The position numbers were made by a program, and so were the translations under genes. A DNA stretch of 64,000 nucleotides. It comes from the human T2T-CHM13v2.0 reference genome, Homo sapiens. The stretch lies in NCBI RefSeq assembly GCF_009914755.1, contig NC_060926.1, one strand, 5' to 3'. Positions within the stretch are counted from its first letter, which is position 1, and every line of letters starts with the position of its first letter. The notes under the pieces were generated by a model. The model was not told where the DNA came from and ran no database searches. It saw nothing but the letters and a program-made list of their open reading frames with translations. Below, piece after piece: positions 62,650 to 64,000 of this stretch.

Positions 62650-63711
62650 TTAGTTTTGTAGTTGCATTACTGCTGCTGCAGTTTTTTATTTTATGGTGCA
62701 TTCACTTCACTCAGCTTCTAAGAGGAATATAGCTTTTGCTCTTACAAAATTAAACTTTACAAACCCATTTGCTGAGTGGGATTTAAGGCATTTGTCCAGT
62801 GGTCTTGATGGATTTTCCGTGATACTTGATCCAACGCTTATTCAAAAAAATCAGATGTAAACGCATGCATAAAAATCCACTTGGGGTTATGAAGGCAATT
62901 AAAATGTTTTGACAAACTTTTCTTAGTCCTTGGGGTGATTTTGAAGTGGAATATTCATCCTGGCTGGTAGCTGCTCTCAGAGGCAGCTGGGTAGATGCAG
63001 TTGATGACGGCCTTCTAACTCCAGACCCACAGTACTGCGAGGAGGGGGCACCCTCACTGGACGCCTGGGTCAGGCTAGAGGCATGTGCTGAGCATGAGTG
63101 ATGAAGGCGTGCAGCACCCATGCTCCTCTCTCCTCCTATGTGTGGGGCCTGTGTGAGCAGTAAGGGGCTGCTGGCCCTCAAGAAGGCGTCTTTTTGAAAT
63201 ACTCAGCATTCCTGTAGGACCATGCCCTGGAGCCCAGTCCTTAAGAGGGGGGAAAAAGGAGACTTGGAAGGCCAGCCCTCAGGACACCAATAGGTGCACA
63301 GGCTCAAGCAGCCACAGGTAAAGAAAAACATTCTGTAACACTTTGTTTCTTTGCTCAGGTTAAACTTTGACCTGGACCCGTATAGTTGAGGCCTCTCACA
63401 TCCTTCCTGGTTTCACATTTCTCACTGCTCCTGTGACATCCAGCACTCACTATGTCCCTTCCCATCCCCACCAGCTTCTGTATCCTGCCCAGTGTCCTCA
63501 GAACTCGTCAACTTTCTGACCTGTTAGTTTATACAAATTTACATTAATCCTAGGCCAAGAGAGGCTAGGACTGCTTGAGAAATGATAGCCTTGGTGTTTG
63601 CGGAAACTCCATCACCAAGAGGCCCTAGGGAAATGCATCCATGGAAAGGAACGAAATTCCTTACATGGTAGGAGAGATTGTCCATTGGTTGGTCATGTCC
63701 TGGGTCTGTAG

Positions 63712-64000
<289 letters not shown>

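Overview
This is human (hominid) genomic DNA, not prokaryotic. The window holds exons 2-6 of a CD8 beta-chain gene on the + strand; the signal-peptide exon lies upstream of the window. The spliced ORF is intact. It differs from the CD8B protein as I recall it at four positions (R51C, A71T, I171V, I191M), and I could not find the distal M-3/M-4 tail exons of CD8B. Both points indicate the segmentally duplicated paralogue CD8B2 (formerly CD8BP). The rest is intron and intergenic DNA with about 36 Alus, MIR/L1 fragments, DNA-transposon MITEs and several ERV/MaLR solo LTRs (MER51-, MER50-, MER41A/B-like). Best leads: (1) an unpaired Cys in the Ig domain; (2) a candidate paralogue-specific terminal exon near 55.46-55.77 kb encoding a new cytoplasmic tail; (3) short duplicated blocks spaced about 2 kb apart around the 3' end, one with a structure-preserving hairpin; (4) a CCAAT-box array in an antisense LTR; (5) a MER41B LTR with one intact GAS site. 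Repeat subfamily names and CD8B comparisons come from recalled sequences and need RepeatMasker or alignment confirmation. I found no evidence of a wholly new multi-gene system.
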